Assembly (NCBI GenBank): GCA_035527075.1 | Contig: DATLBE010000007.1 | Coordinates: 463-64,462 of the forward strand | Source of the DNA: Nevskiaceae bacterium | Lineage (GTDB): Bacteria; Patescibacteriota; Microgenomatia; PFEM01 | Reading direction: 5' to 3' | DNA length: 64,000 nt | Part shown: positions 25,868-35,331 of the stretch, one piece after another | Layout of the letters: every line of letters begins with the position of its first letter | Position numbering within the stretch: position 1 is the first letter of the stretch | Notes under the pieces: generated by a model | What the model saw: the letters and a program-made list of their open reading frames with translations, nothing else | What the model was told of the DNA's origin: nothing | Database searches by the model: none | Program-made: the position numbers and the translations under genes

Positions 25868-26782
25868 ATGTCCCCTGAACGTTATACATATAGTCTCTCA
25901 ACAGCGAGTGCCTTACCTTTCTCGGCGGAAATTCTACCTGGTAGGGGTGGACTTAAAAAGGGAACAGAAATTGCAAAACTATCGGGATTTGAAGCGGTGG
26001 AAGCAGTTGGACTTAAAGGGACCAACGCTGAAAGTCTAAGAGAAATAGCGGTTCCCGTCAGAACTACTCACGTTGTTTACAATTGGAATATTCCCAACAG
26101 CCCTTTTAAGAGAGTCATTTTTGCTGGAGAAAGACATTTTAAAAAGGTAGTCTTTAGAAAAACGGATTTGTCAAAACCCACTTTTATTGATATAGCCATC
26201 TTTCCCGCTGCTTTAGAAGCTGAAAGGAATCTTCTTGAAGTAACCAAACAAGCCAATGTTCCCTTAGTTGTTCACTTCTTAGATAAATTGGCAAGATTCC
26301 ACGACCCGGAGAAAGGCATTTTTTGCCTGTTTGAACCTCAACCTTGTTTAGGCGTGAATCTGTCTCCTGATGAAATCTTAGCCAAGATTCAAGAAAAAAG
26401 AGCTGGACTTTGCCTAGATACAAAACACATAAGAGACAAACCTCTTGTTGGTAAAAAATCAAACCTTGAACCATGGCCAGAATCCCTGGAGAAATTATTA
26501 CCTCACGCCCGAAATATGCATATTCAACCTCTTTCTCCTCAAGAATTAAAAGAAATGCTTGCACCTTATCAATACACTACTGGCCATCGCCAAGCAGCTG
26601 AACTAACTGATATGCTGGTTTTAATAAAAGAAGTCTATCCAGGGGAGCTTTTGACATTCGAAATTAATCCTCTTGAATTGGCAAGAGTCACTTCTCCCCG
26701 TGTTTTGGTTGATCCAGAATTATTGGTCGAAAACCTTCGGAGGGTTCGGGATTTTGTGAAAGAAGCCTTGGCTAAAGTCTAA
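25868..26782 (+). CDS. Hypothetical protein (possible TIM-barrel sugar-phosphate isomerase/epimerase-like)
   Basis: 304-aa ORF convergent with ftsZ. Weak xylose-isomerase-like TIM barrel resemblance (LCLDTKHI). Family uncertain. Confidence 0.45.
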   Translation: MSPERYTYSLSTASALPFSAEILPGRGGLKKGTEIAKLSGFEAVEAVGLKGTNAESLREIAVPVRTTHVVYNWNIPNSPFKRVIFAGERHFKKVVFRKTDLSKPTFIDIAIFPAALEAERNLLEVTKQANVPLVVHFLDKLARFHDPEKGIFCLFEPQPCLGVNLSPDEILAKIQEKRAGLCLDTKHIRDKPLVGKKSNLEPWPESLEKLLPHARNMHIQPLSPQELKEMLAPYQYTTGHRQAAELTDMLVLIKEVYPGELLTFEINPLELARVTSPRVLVDPELLVENLRRVRDFVKEALAKV

Positions 26783-26786
26783 TTTT

Positions 26787-27971
26787 TTACTTCCCCTGCC
26801 TTAAAAAGGCGGGGATGTCGAATTCTTCGCCGAATTCGTCCGGGGAAATCTCTTTTGGTTTTTTGGGCTCTTCTTTTTTCTCTGCCTTTTTTTCACTCTC
26901 CTTCAAATCCGCTGACTGGATGGCGAAGGGGGCTTCTGGCTTCTCACCTAAAATTCCTTCGGGTACTTCTGGTGGCCTGACAGGCCTGGCGACCATTTTT
27001 GCCAATCGACTTCGAGTTTCATCAAATCCGGTGGCGATGACAATGATTTTTACCTGGTCAATCATCCCCTCATCAATGATGGCCCCAAATCTAATGTTGG
27101 CATCAGCATCCGCTACTTGGCTGATTTCTTGAGCTGCTTCATTGACCTCAGTCATAGTTAAATCTGGACCGCCAATAATGTTGAAAAGAATCCCTTTAGC
27201 GCCTTCAATTGAAACATCCAATAAAGGCGAAGAAATGGCGGCTCTGGCCGCTGCTTGAGCCTTTTTTTCACCAACACCAGTGCCGATCCCGAGCAAAGAA
27301 CTTCCGGCATTGCTCATAATGGACCGGACATCAGCAAAATCAACGTTAATCAACCCAGGTGCGGTAATAATATCAGAAATGCCTTGGACAGCTTGGCCCA
27401 AAACCCCATCAATAACTTTAAAAGCTTCAACCAAAGTCATTTTTTGATCAATTACTTCCATAATACGTTGATTAGGGATGACGATTAAGGTATCAACTTT
27501 CTCTTTAAGTTTTTCGATGCCTTCTTCGGCGATAACCATTCTTCGGGTTCCCTCAAAGACAAATGGCTTGGTCACCACCGCAATACTTAAGGTACCGTTT
27601 TCTTTAGCTAATTCAGCGATTACCGGCATTCCTCCAGTGCCTGTGCCTCCACCCATACCACCTGCCATAAAAAGCATGTCCGTGTCCACCAAATACTCTT
27701 TTATTTTCTCCCGGGATTCTTCAGCCGCTTTAAAACCAATTTCCGGATCTCCACCTGATCCCAACCCTCGAGTTAAATTTTCACCGATTTGAATTTTAGT
27801 TGAGGCTTTATTGGCTAAAAGTGCCTGAACATCGGTATTGACAGCCACAAACTCCACTTCCTTGATTTGTTCATCCTCAATCATGGAGTTAATGGCATTA
27901 CCGCCACCACCACCGACTCCGAAAACTTTAATTTTAGCAAAACTGGCAGCGTCTGGTTTAACAAAAGCCAT
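26787..27971 (-). CDS. ftsZ: Cell division GTPase FtsZ
   Basis: GVGGGGGNA tubulin signature, GGGTGTG motif, T7 loop, and a C-terminal linker with conserved tail (DIPAFLRQ). Confidence 0.97.
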   Translation of the reverse strand: MAFVKPDAASFAKIKVFGVGGGGGNAINSMIEDEQIKEVEFVAVNTDVQALLANKASTKIQIGENLTRGLGSGGDPEIGFKAAEESREKIKEYLVDTDMLFMAGGMGGGTGTGGMPVIAELAKENGTLSIAVVTKPFVFEGTRRMVIAEEGIEKLKEKVDTLIVIPNQRIMEVIDQKMTLVEAFKVIDGVLGQAVQGISDIITAPGLINVDFADVRSIMSNAGSSLLGIGTGVGEKKAQAAARAAISSPLLDVSIEGAKGILFNIIGGPDLTMTEVNEAAQEISQVADADANIRFGAIIDEGMIDQVKIIVIATGFDETRSRLAKMVARPVRPPEVPEGILGEKPEAPFAIQSADLKESEKKAEKKEEPKKPKEISPDEFGEEFDIPAFLRQGK

Positions 27972-28012
27972 ATCTTTTTGGGCAGGAAAAGCAGAAGTTT
28001 GTAATTAGTATA

Positions 28013-29389
28013 CTACGGCAGAAAAGACTTTATCAAATTCAAAGCCTTGCCGGCAATTCCTTTAACTGGTAATTTTTGAAACTTCTTGCTGATTCGGCTA
28101 AAGGAAAAGCTTACACCAGGTTTTAAATCTGCTCTCGCCCCATACAAAACTAGACCCGTTGCTGTAGCAAAATCGGAAGTTAAAATATCATCAACCAAAC
28201 CGTTAAGCCGTTGAGGTTGACCAATCCTAACCGGCATGGCCAAAATTCTTTTGGCCGCATCAACCACACCCACTGTCTGAGCACCGCCGCCGCAAACAAC
28301 AATTCCGGCTGGCGTTAGCCCACCAGCATTGCTTTTTTTAATCTCCATACCCACCATTGTAAAAATTTCGTTCAATCTCGGTTTAATAATTCCCTCAGTC
28401 AAAGTTTTCCGAGAGACAGTTCGAGCCTCCTCAGTGATGCCTAATTTGGCCAAATCAATTTCATCTTCATCTTTTTCCTCATCTTTTTCCTGTTTCTTTT
28501 CTTCCTTCTTTATCTCCGTCAATTGTTCAGCTCCCAGATTGGGCAAAGTCGGTCTTTTTGCCTTAGTCGAAAGAACGATTTTTATTTTCTCGGCTACCTG
28601 CAAAGATGAAAGGCGCAAACCAATGGCTAAATCATTGGTAACGTTTTTAGCCCCAATTGGCAGGACTGAGGTATAAAAAACAGCTCCTTCAACATAAACC
28701 ACAATATTGGTTGTACCACCACCAATATCCACCAAAACCACTCCTAGTTCCTTTTCTGTGTCTGATAAAACACTTTCCGCTGAAGCTAAACCGCCCGCCA
28801 CCAAATCTTGAACATCCACTCCCATTTCCGAAACGCACTTGGTCAAATTTCTGATGGAGGTAGTCGAACCAGTAATAATGTGGGTTTCAATCTCCAACCT
28901 GACGCCGGACATGCCCATCGGATCTTTGATTCCTTCTTGGCCATCGGCAGTATAATAGCGAGGCAAAACATGAATGATTTCTCGAGAAGAGGGCAAAGAA
29001 ACTGCCTGGGCAGCATCAATCACCCTTTTTACATCTTCCTGGGTAATTTCACCCTCTGGTTCAGCTACAGCCACCACCCCTTTAGAGTTTTGGGAATTAA
29101 TATGGGCACCATTGACAGCAACAAAAGCTCGGTTGAGGTTATAGCCAGCCATTCTTTCAGCGGCTTCAACTGATTGAACAACAGTTTCACTGGCTTCTTC
29201 AATATCGACAATTTGGCCTTTGCGGATGCCTTGGGAAGGAATACTGGCCACGCCAATTACTTTTGGCTTTTCTCCCTCCTCACCTAAAGAAGCAATCAGA
29301 GTGGTAGTTTTGGACGAACCAATGTCAATGCCGGCAATAATTTTTTGTTTACTCATAAATGACGACTGGCTTATCAAACCGTAAGTCAA
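28013..29389 (-). CDS. ftsA: Cell division protein FtsA (actin-like ATPase)
   Basis: Actin-fold phosphate motifs (GIDIGSSKT, VDIGGGTT). Carries an E/K-rich insertion (IKKEEKKQEKDEEKDEDE). Confidence 0.9.
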   Translation of the reverse strand: MTYGLISQSSFMSKQKIIAGIDIGSSKTTTLIASLGEEGEKPKVIGVASIPSQGIRKGQIVDIEEASETVVQSVEAAERMAGYNLNRAFVAVNGAHINSQNSKGVVAVAEPEGEITQEDVKRVIDAAQAVSLPSSREIIHVLPRYYTADGQEGIKDPMGMSGVRLEIETHIITGSTTSIRNLTKCVSEMGVDVQDLVAGGLASAESVLSDTEKELGVVLVDIGGGTTNIVVYVEGAVFYTSVLPIGAKNVTNDLAIGLRLSSLQVAEKIKIVLSTKAKRPTLPNLGAEQLTEIKKEEKKQEKDEEKDEDEIDLAKLGITEEARTVSRKTLTEGIIKPRLNEIFTMVGMEIKKSNAGGLTPAGIVVCGGGAQTVGVVDAAKRILAMPVRIGQPQRLNGLVDDILTSDFATATGLVLYGARADLKPGVSFSFSRISKKFQKLPVKGIAGKALNLIKSFLP

Positions 29390-30071
29390 TCTGCTTAAGG
29401 TTTCTGCCTTCTATTTTAGACCGAGAAAAAATCAATTGTAAAGAGTCAAGTTGAAAATTAACTTCTTTAAGGCTTGAAAAAATCACCAAAAGCCCATCAC
29501 TCAACTCAATTTCAATCTGGCGTGGAGAAACAATTTTGGCTGTTTTGGGCATCAACAAGCGAAATTTTAAACTTTTTAAAAGATTAATTGTCCAAACAGC
29601 TTCTTTTTCAATTTTCTCACCAACATTAAGATTAATTGGCTGCTCTACTAAAATCACTGGTAACTCAATTTCATTTGCTTTTTCTAATAAAAAGCCTTCT
29701 TCATCAACAATCCAAAAACCTTCTTCTGGGCTTTTTAGCGCTGCTTGTGGTTCCCGTTTTTTAAGTTCAAAAGAAAGATGGTTGGGCAAACTTTTTTTAA
29801 TTTTGACTTCTTTTAAAAGAGGGTGGCTTGCTTTAATTTGACTCACTAAATCTTTGGTAGGAAAAAAAACAATGTTTTTTCCTATTGTCAAACTCATCAA
29901 CTCCATCCAAATTTCTCCCGGACAAGCGGTTTGGTTGAATCGACAATCAATCTTTTTAACAACTAAAGCGGTTTTTACAAAAACAACCAAACCAACAATT
30001 GAAACAATTAAAATGACAAAAATAGAAATTTTTTTTAAAAGACTTAAAACAGTTTTTTTCTTTTTTCTCAC
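29349..30071 (-). CDS. ftsQ: Cell division protein FtsQ/DivIB (POTRA domain)
   Basis: Poly-Lys N-terminus, a single TM, then a POTRA-like periplasmic domain. Position between murG and ftsA. Confidence 0.55.
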   Translation of the reverse strand: MRKKKKTVLSLLKKISIFVILIVSIVGLVVFVKTALVVKKIDCRFNQTACPGEIWMELMSLTIGKNIVFFPTKDLVSQIKASHPLLKEVKIKKSLPNHLSFELKKREPQAALKSPEEGFWIVDEEGFLLEKANEIELPVILVEQPINLNVGEKIEKEAVWTINLLKSLKFRLLMPKTAKIVSPRQIEIELSDGLLVIFSSLKEVNFQLDSLQLIFSRSKIEGRNLKQIDLRFDKPVVIYE

Positions 30072-31195
30072 TGGGCAGTTTTTTCAACCAAATCAGCAAT
30101 TTTTTGAGCGGCGTTTAGCTTAACTAATTTTTTCGCTTTGGCACCATTTTTTTGATAATTAGTAAGATTTTTCATCATCTCTACAATCACCTTTAAAAGG
30201 CTTCCACTAGACAATTCTTTTTGAGGTAAAATCTTAGCCAAACCTACCCCTTCAACCATTTGAGCGTTTTTCATTTGTTCATTTTGATAAAGCCAAGGCA
30301 AAGGAATCAAGAGAACCGGTTTTCCTAATGCAATAAGTTCGGTAATCGTATTGGCGCCGGCTCGGGAAACCACCAAATCAGCTTTATTTAAAACGGTACC
30401 CATCTCAACGCTGCTTAAATATTTTTTGACATGATAGCGTTTTTTCAACCTTGGCGGTAATTTATCTCTTATTTCTTCAAGCCTTTCAAAATCGCCCAAT
30501 GCATTCAGGTGGCCGCATTGGTGAAAAACATTAACCTTTTCAACCAATTGAGGCAAAACCAGCTGAACAGTTTGATTAATCGTGTGTGAACCTTGGTTAC
30601 CACCAGTAATAAAAACAAGTGGTAAATTCCTCTCAAAATTCAAAACTTGCCAAATTTGCTCATTAATTTCAAAAATCTCTTTTCTAATAGGGTTACCAGT
30701 CAAAATAACTTTATTATCAGGTAATTTTGCGATTGTCTGAGGCCAAGAAACAGCCACTTTTTTAGCAAAAAAGGCATTGATTCTGGTGGCCAAACCAAAA
30801 ACTGTTGTCTGTTCATGAGTCACAACAGGAATCCGCAATAACCAACCAGCTAACACCACGGGGACGCTAACATAACCACCAAAAGACAAAATAATGTCAG
30901 GTTTAATCCGTAAAAGCCAGAAAAAAGATTGAAAAAAACCAACCGGAATTTTTAAAATTGCCGGAATGGTGTAGCGGGTAAAGCGGCGTTGCACTCTGCC
31001 AGCTTTTATCGGGATAAAAGGCAAGTCTTTTTCAGCCATCACCTGAAATTCAACTGAAGGTGTTTTATCACCCTCCATGGCAAATTTTCGGCCAAAAAAG
31101 AAAATCTGCCAACCGCCTCGGTCCAAAAGTTCATCAATCACCGCCAATGCCGGCGTCAAATGCCCACCAGTAACCACAACTTTCTTTTTCTTCAT
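30068..31195 (-). CDS. murG: UDP-GlcNAc:lipid I GlcNAc transferase MurG
   Basis: N-terminal G-loop (VVVTGGHLTPALAV) and C-terminal GT28 domain. Confidence 0.9.
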   Translation of the reverse strand: MKKKKVVVTGGHLTPALAVIDELLDRGGWQIFFFGRKFAMEGDKTPSVEFQVMAEKDLPFIPIKAGRVQRRFTRYTIPAILKIPVGFFQSFFWLLRIKPDIILSFGGYVSVPVVLAGWLLRIPVVTHEQTTVFGLATRINAFFAKKVAVSWPQTIAKLPDNKVILTGNPIRKEIFEINEQIWQVLNFERNLPLVFITGGNQGSHTINQTVQLVLPQLVEKVNVFHQCGHLNALGDFERLEEIRDKLPPRLKKRYHVKKYLSSVEMGTVLNKADLVVSRAGANTITELIALGKPVLLIPLPWLYQNEQMKNAQMVEGVGLAKILPQKELSSGSLLKVIVEMMKNLTNYQKNGAKAKKLVKLNAAQKIADLVEKTAQ

Positions 31196-31281
31196 TTTGT
31201 TTTATCTATTATACATCGCCAGGGTTGTAAGTGGCCAGAAAAATTGTTAATCTATGACTCACTTTGATATAATTCAAACCA

Positions 31282-31512
31282 ATGACAGCTATAGAAAGAA
31301 AAGGAAACCAAAACTCCCCAAGCCCATCAAAAAGAATGACTGAGTCTTGGCAGATGATGGTCGAGAGCGACGAAGTCCAAATTTACATGAAGATGGGTCA
31401 GAAAAGTATAGAAAAATGCAGTCAAGAAGCATATTCCAAAGGCTGCTTCCACACATGCTATTACCTTCTAGCTCTTGAAGATTACTTAAAGTTTATAGGA
31501 GTACTTCAGTGA
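31282..31512 (+). CDS. Small hypothetical protein, possible partner of the downstream toxin-like ORF
   Basis: 76 aa. Its stop overlaps the GTG start of the next ORF by 4 nt (GTGA), which suggests translational coupling. Confidence 0.3.
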   Translation: MTAIERKGNQNSPSPSKRMTESWQMMVESDEVQIYMKMGQKSIEKCSQEAYSKGCFHTCYYLLALEDYLKFIGVLQ

Positions 31513-31853
31513 AGCAACAATACATAGGTGTTATTTTTACCAAACATGTCATCAATCGGCTTTATAATCAGGGCATTAGCCAGTCTGATGCTTGGCAGAC
31601 TTTTCAACATCCAGACAACAGTCTGCCTGGAAAAACGCCGGGTTCGCGAAAATTTTACAAGAACTTTGGTGACAAAAGAATCGAAATCGTGGCTAAAAAA
31701 AATGAAAAAGGCGAGTGGGTGATTCTCACTGGATGGATAAAATATCCGGGTAGTGGTCAACCTTCTGCTGCTTCAGATGAACCTTTTCTCCAAGGGGTTG
31801 TTGGTAAACTTGTAGAAAAAGGTTTAAACAAACTCAAAAAAACTACTTTTTAA
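31509..31853 (+). CDS. DUF4258-like toxin-fold small protein (GTG start)
   Basis: FTKHVINRLYNQGIS...KRIEIVAKKNEKGEWVILTGW matches the DUF4258 pattern (xxxKHAxxRMxxRGIS ... VVV...ITV). Opposite strand to the dcw genes. Confidence 0.4.
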   Translation: MKQQYIGVIFTKHVINRLYNQGISQSDAWQTFQHPDNSLPGKTPGSRKFYKNFGDKRIEIVAKKNEKGEWVILTGWIKYPGSGQPSAASDEPFLQGVVGKLVEKGLNKLKKTTF

Positions 31854-32949
31854 CCACTCTGTGTTTGGAGATGTTAATCATCACACCGGCACCGACTAAG
31901 GCCAAAACCAAAGACGAACCACCATAGGAAATGAAAGGCAAAGGAATGCCGGTTAAAGGGACTAAAGCCACCATAGCGGCGAGATTAATTAAAGCCTGTA
32001 AACCAATCCAAGCAGTGACACCGACAACCAGAAGTTGGCTAAATTCGTCAGGAGATTGTTTGGCAAGTTTAAAACCGCGCCAAATAAAAAGCAAAAAGAC
32101 CAGCAAAACTAAAACCCCACCAATAAAACCGGTTTCTTCGGCAATGACCGCAAAAATCGAATCAGTTGTCACTTCAGGCAAATATTCATATTTTTGTCTT
32201 GACTGGCCAAGCCCCAAACCAAAAAGGCCACCAGAACCTAAAGCAATCAAGACTTGGCGAATATGATAAGAAGCACCAAGTGGGTCATGGGTGGGATTCA
32301 AAAAAGTCAAAATCCGCTGGCGTCTATAAGGCGAAGAAAAAATTAAACCTGCACCTCCAACCAAACCGAGAATACCAATTAGGGCGATTTGCCAAACAGA
32401 CGCACCAGAAACAAAGTAAACCAAAACTCCTATCGCCACCACAATCACCGTCGTCCCCAAATCAGGCTCAAACATAATCAAACCAACCAAAACCGCAATT
32501 AAAACCAAAAAAGGCAAAAACTTTTTCTTATTACTTAAAAAAGCAGCCAAATAAACAATTAAAGCAAATTTGGCAAACTCAGCCGGTTGAAAACTAAAAC
32601 CCCCAAAACCAAGCCAGCGTCGGGCACCTAAAGCTTTTGTTCCTACTCCTGGAATTAAAACCAAAATTAAAAAGATAATGGCTAAAATCATCAGCGGTGC
32701 AGCTAACTTTCTTAAAAAACGATAATTAAAAAAACTGGCCAACCCAAAAGCCAGAAAGCCTAATCCAGCCCATTGAGCCTGAAGTTTAAAATAATAAAAT
32801 TTGTCGCCAAAATCACGGTAAGCTTCAACCACCGAAGCATTACCAACCATAATCACGCCAAAAATGGTCAAGAGAATAACCAGAGTCACCAGAATTAAGT
32901 CAGGTTTATTTGAGGCGTTTTTAAGAGTCAGTTTTAAGTGCTTTGACAT
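31843..32949 (-). CDS. ftsW: SEDS family protein FtsW (lipid II flippase / PG polymerase)
   Basis: SEDS motifs (LPEVTTDSIFAVIAEE, PLTGIPLPFISYGGSS). Dcw position between murD and murG. Confidence 0.9.
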   Translation of the reverse strand: MSKHLKLTLKNASNKPDLILVTLVILLTIFGVIMVGNASVVEAYRDFGDKFYYFKLQAQWAGLGFLAFGLASFFNYRFLRKLAAPLMILAIIFLILVLIPGVGTKALGARRWLGFGGFSFQPAEFAKFALIVYLAAFLSNKKKFLPFLVLIAVLVGLIMFEPDLGTTVIVVAIGVLVYFVSGASVWQIALIGILGLVGGAGLIFSSPYRRQRILTFLNPTHDPLGASYHIRQVLIALGSGGLFGLGLGQSRQKYEYLPEVTTDSIFAVIAEETGFIGGVLVLLVFLLFIWRGFKLAKQSPDEFSQLLVVGVTAWIGLQALINLAAMVALVPLTGIPLPFISYGGSSLVLALVGAGVMINISKHRVVKK

Positions 32950-34279
32950 GAGTTTTAAATTGTTTACCTCTTACTTTGTAATTGGCAAACATGTCAAATG
33001 AGGCGCAAGCTGGAGACAGTAAAACGATATCGCCAGGCTTGGCTTTTTTAAAAGCAGCCTTGACAATCTCCCTCATCCCGCCGGGTCTAAAGATAATCTC
33101 GCCTTTAAAGCCAGCTTTATTAACCGCTTTTTTAATCCGAGTGGCCATTTGGCCAATAAGAATAAGGGTTTTCACTGAGCTTTGGGCAATTTCTCGCCCG
33201 AGATTCGTATAATCAGAGCCTTTTTCAGAACCACCGGCAATTAAGATAATCGGCTTTTCAAAAGCTTTGATAGCTGCCATGGCTGTCTCAGGCGTAGTCG
33301 AGAATGAATCATTGTAAAAACTGACGCCCTTTAAAACTTTGACCTTTTCCAACCGGTGTTCTAAACCAGAAAAAGAAAAGACTGCCTTTTTAATTGAAGC
33401 CAAATCAGCTCCTGTTAAAGCGCTAGCGGTAATCGCTGCACAAACGTTATCCCAATTATGGGCGCCACGAAGCTGAAGTTTTTTTACCGAACCAATAATT
33501 TTTCCATTAAGTATAAAAGTTTCATTCTGAACATAGGCGCCATTGACTTTTTTTTGTCGACTAAAGTAATAAACTTTAGCTTGGGTCAACGAAGCAAAAG
33601 AGGAAGAGATAGGATTATCGCCGTTCAAAACGCTCAAATCACTCCCCTTTTGGTGTCGCAAAATGTTTGACTTCGCCTGAATATATTCTTTTTCATCTTG
33701 ATGATAATCGAGATGTTCAGGAACAATAAACAAAACCACGGCAATGTGAGGGCTTCTGGTTAAATCTTGAAGTTGAAAACTGGAAAGCTCTAATACCACC
33801 CAGCTATCTTTAGTTAATTTTGGCAACAAAGCCAACATTGGCTGACCAATATTGCCAGCTAAGAAAACTTTTTTGCCTGATTTTTTCAGTATCCGGTAAA
33901 TTAAAGTCGCCGTTGTCCCCTTGCCTTTAGTACCAGTCACGCCGATGATTCTGGCAGGACAAAGGTCAAAAAATAATTTGGTGGCGCTTAAAATTACGGC
34001 GCCTTTTTTTTCGGCTTGAAGAATTTCTAGCATCAACCGTCGAAAAGCTGGCGAACGGAAGATAATCTCAAACCCTTCCAATCCCCTACCCAAGTAATTC
34101 TTCTCTAACCTAAATTCAACCCCTTGCTTTTTAAAGTTTTTATAAGCCTCACCCAATTCGCTGGCACTTTTTTGATCAAAAACCGTAATTTTTACCTTTT
34201 TTTTCAAAAGATACTGACTTACATCTTGCCCCTCAATCCCCAACCCCAAAATCGCTATTTTTTTATTGGAAAATTTCAT
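32921..34279 (-). CDS. murD: UDP-N-acetylmuramoylalanine--D-glutamate ligase MurD
   Basis: N-terminal Rossmann (KKIAILGLGIEGQDVSQYL), Mur-ligase P-loop (GVTGTKGKGTT) and dcw context. Confidence 0.9.
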   Translation of the reverse strand: MKFSNKKIAILGLGIEGQDVSQYLLKKKVKITVFDQKSASELGEAYKNFKKQGVEFRLEKNYLGRGLEGFEIIFRSPAFRRLMLEILQAEKKGAVILSATKLFFDLCPARIIGVTGTKGKGTTATLIYRILKKSGKKVFLAGNIGQPMLALLPKLTKDSWVVLELSSFQLQDLTRSPHIAVVLFIVPEHLDYHQDEKEYIQAKSNILRHQKGSDLSVLNGDNPISSSFASLTQAKVYYFSRQKKVNGAYVQNETFILNGKIIGSVKKLQLRGAHNWDNVCAAITASALTGADLASIKKAVFSFSGLEHRLEKVKVLKGVSFYNDSFSTTPETAMAAIKAFEKPIILIAGGSEKGSDYTNLGREIAQSSVKTLILIGQMATRIKKAVNKAGFKGEIIFRPGGMREIVKAAFKKAKPGDIVLLSPACASFDMFANYKVRGKQFKTHVKALKTDS

Positions 34280-35311
34280 TTAAATCACGGCCAGCCAGAG
34301 GCCAAAAAGAGCAAGCATTAAACCGGCTAGCCAAGCACGCATAACAATTTTTGGCTCTTCCCAACCTCGATTTTGAAGCCAAAGATGAAACGGAGCGACA
34401 GTAAAAGTCCTTTTTTTTAAAAACTTTTTAGAAAGAATCTGGATTAAACTGGTACCTCCTTCAAAAATAATCACTCCGCCAATCACCAACAAAGCCATAA
34501 TTTTACCCAAAAGTAAACCAACCACGGCCAAAGTGGCACCAAAAGACAAAGCGCCCACATCACCCATCCAGATTCGAGCGGGGTAGACATTAAAGTATAA
34601 AAAGGCAATCAAGCTACCAATCCATAAAGCCAGAAAAACCGACAAAGTCGTGTCTAAAATCGAACTTGAGAGAATCCAGAAGGCAAAAAGACAAATCATC
34701 AATAAACCGGCTGATAAACCATCAAGGCCATCAGTAATATTAAAAGCATTGGCAAAAGCGACAATGATAAAAGCGGCGAAAGGAATGTACCATGCTCCTA
34801 ATTGAACCACACCCAAAAAAGGAATATTAACAAAATTTATTCCCAAATTTTGATACAAAAGAACAGCAATGATAAAAGCTAAAATCCATTGAATGATAAA
34901 TTTGTGCCGCAATCTTAAACCAAAAAAACCTGTTCTTTTAAATCCGAAAAACTTCATAATGTCATCGTAAAGCCCCAACATACCAAAAGATAAAAAGGAA
35001 AAAAACAAAACATTTAACTCATCTTTAATCGGATAAACAGCCGTTACGTAAACACCCAAGAAATCAACTAAAGGAAGTAGAACCGCGTATAAGAGAGCGG
35101 TAATAACGATAATTAACAAACCGCCCCCCACCGGAGTACCGGCTTTGTGTTTATGAAACCGGTCAAAAATTTTTGTTTTTAAACCCAAAAAATCACGGGT
35201 GGTTTGTTGCTGGCGAAGAAAACGAAGTTTGTATAAAAGATTAATAAAAGGAACAACTAAAACACTGGTGACGATAAAAGAAAAAATTAAAAGGCCTAAA
35301 CATAAAACCAT
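34280..35311 (-). CDS. mraY: Phospho-N-acetylmuramoyl-pentapeptide transferase MraY
   Basis: 10-TM protein with the MraY DD/DG motifs (NITDGLDGL, GDVGALSFG). Confidence 0.9.
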   Translation of the reverse strand: MVLCLGLLIFSFIVTSVLVVPFINLLYKLRFLRQQQTTRDFLGLKTKIFDRFHKHKAGTPVGGGLLIIVITALLYAVLLPLVDFLGVYVTAVYPIKDELNVLFFSFLSFGMLGLYDDIMKFFGFKRTGFFGLRLRHKFIIQWILAFIIAVLLYQNLGINFVNIPFLGVVQLGAWYIPFAAFIIVAFANAFNITDGLDGLSAGLLMICLFAFWILSSSILDTTLSVFLALWIGSLIAFLYFNVYPARIWMGDVGALSFGATLAVVGLLLGKIMALLVIGGVIIFEGGTSLIQILSKKFLKKRTFTVAPFHLWLQNRGWEEPKIVMRAWLAGLMLALFGLWLAVI

Positions 35312-35331
35312 ACACTAAAGATATTAAGCAA

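Noticed and set aside
26796-26817. GC-rich hairpin CCCCTGCCTT-AAAAA-GGCGGGG at the ftsZ 3' end, as a possible bidirectional terminator
   Set aside because: It lies inside the ftsZ C-terminal coding sequence and lacks a clear downstream U-tract in either orientation. It may help terminate the convergent gene 25868-26782, but the evidence is weak.
26815-29256. Multiple plus-strand ORFs (26815-27132, 27255-27488, 27478-27792, 28329-28676, 28657-28854, 28808-29173) antisense to ftsZ and ftsA
   Set aside because: They lie entirely inside high-confidence ftsZ/ftsA coding sequence on the opposite strand. They have low-complexity Ser/Pro/Phe-rich translations typical of antisense frames of AT-rich genes, and no SD or family signal.
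33548-33555. T8/A8 homopolymer tracts inside murD, ftsQ (30041-30048) and other essential genes, as possible phase-variation tracts
   Set aside because: They encode poly-Lys in an AT-rich genome and sit in essential genes. Short homopolymers of this length are expected compositionally and are unlikely to be contingency loci.
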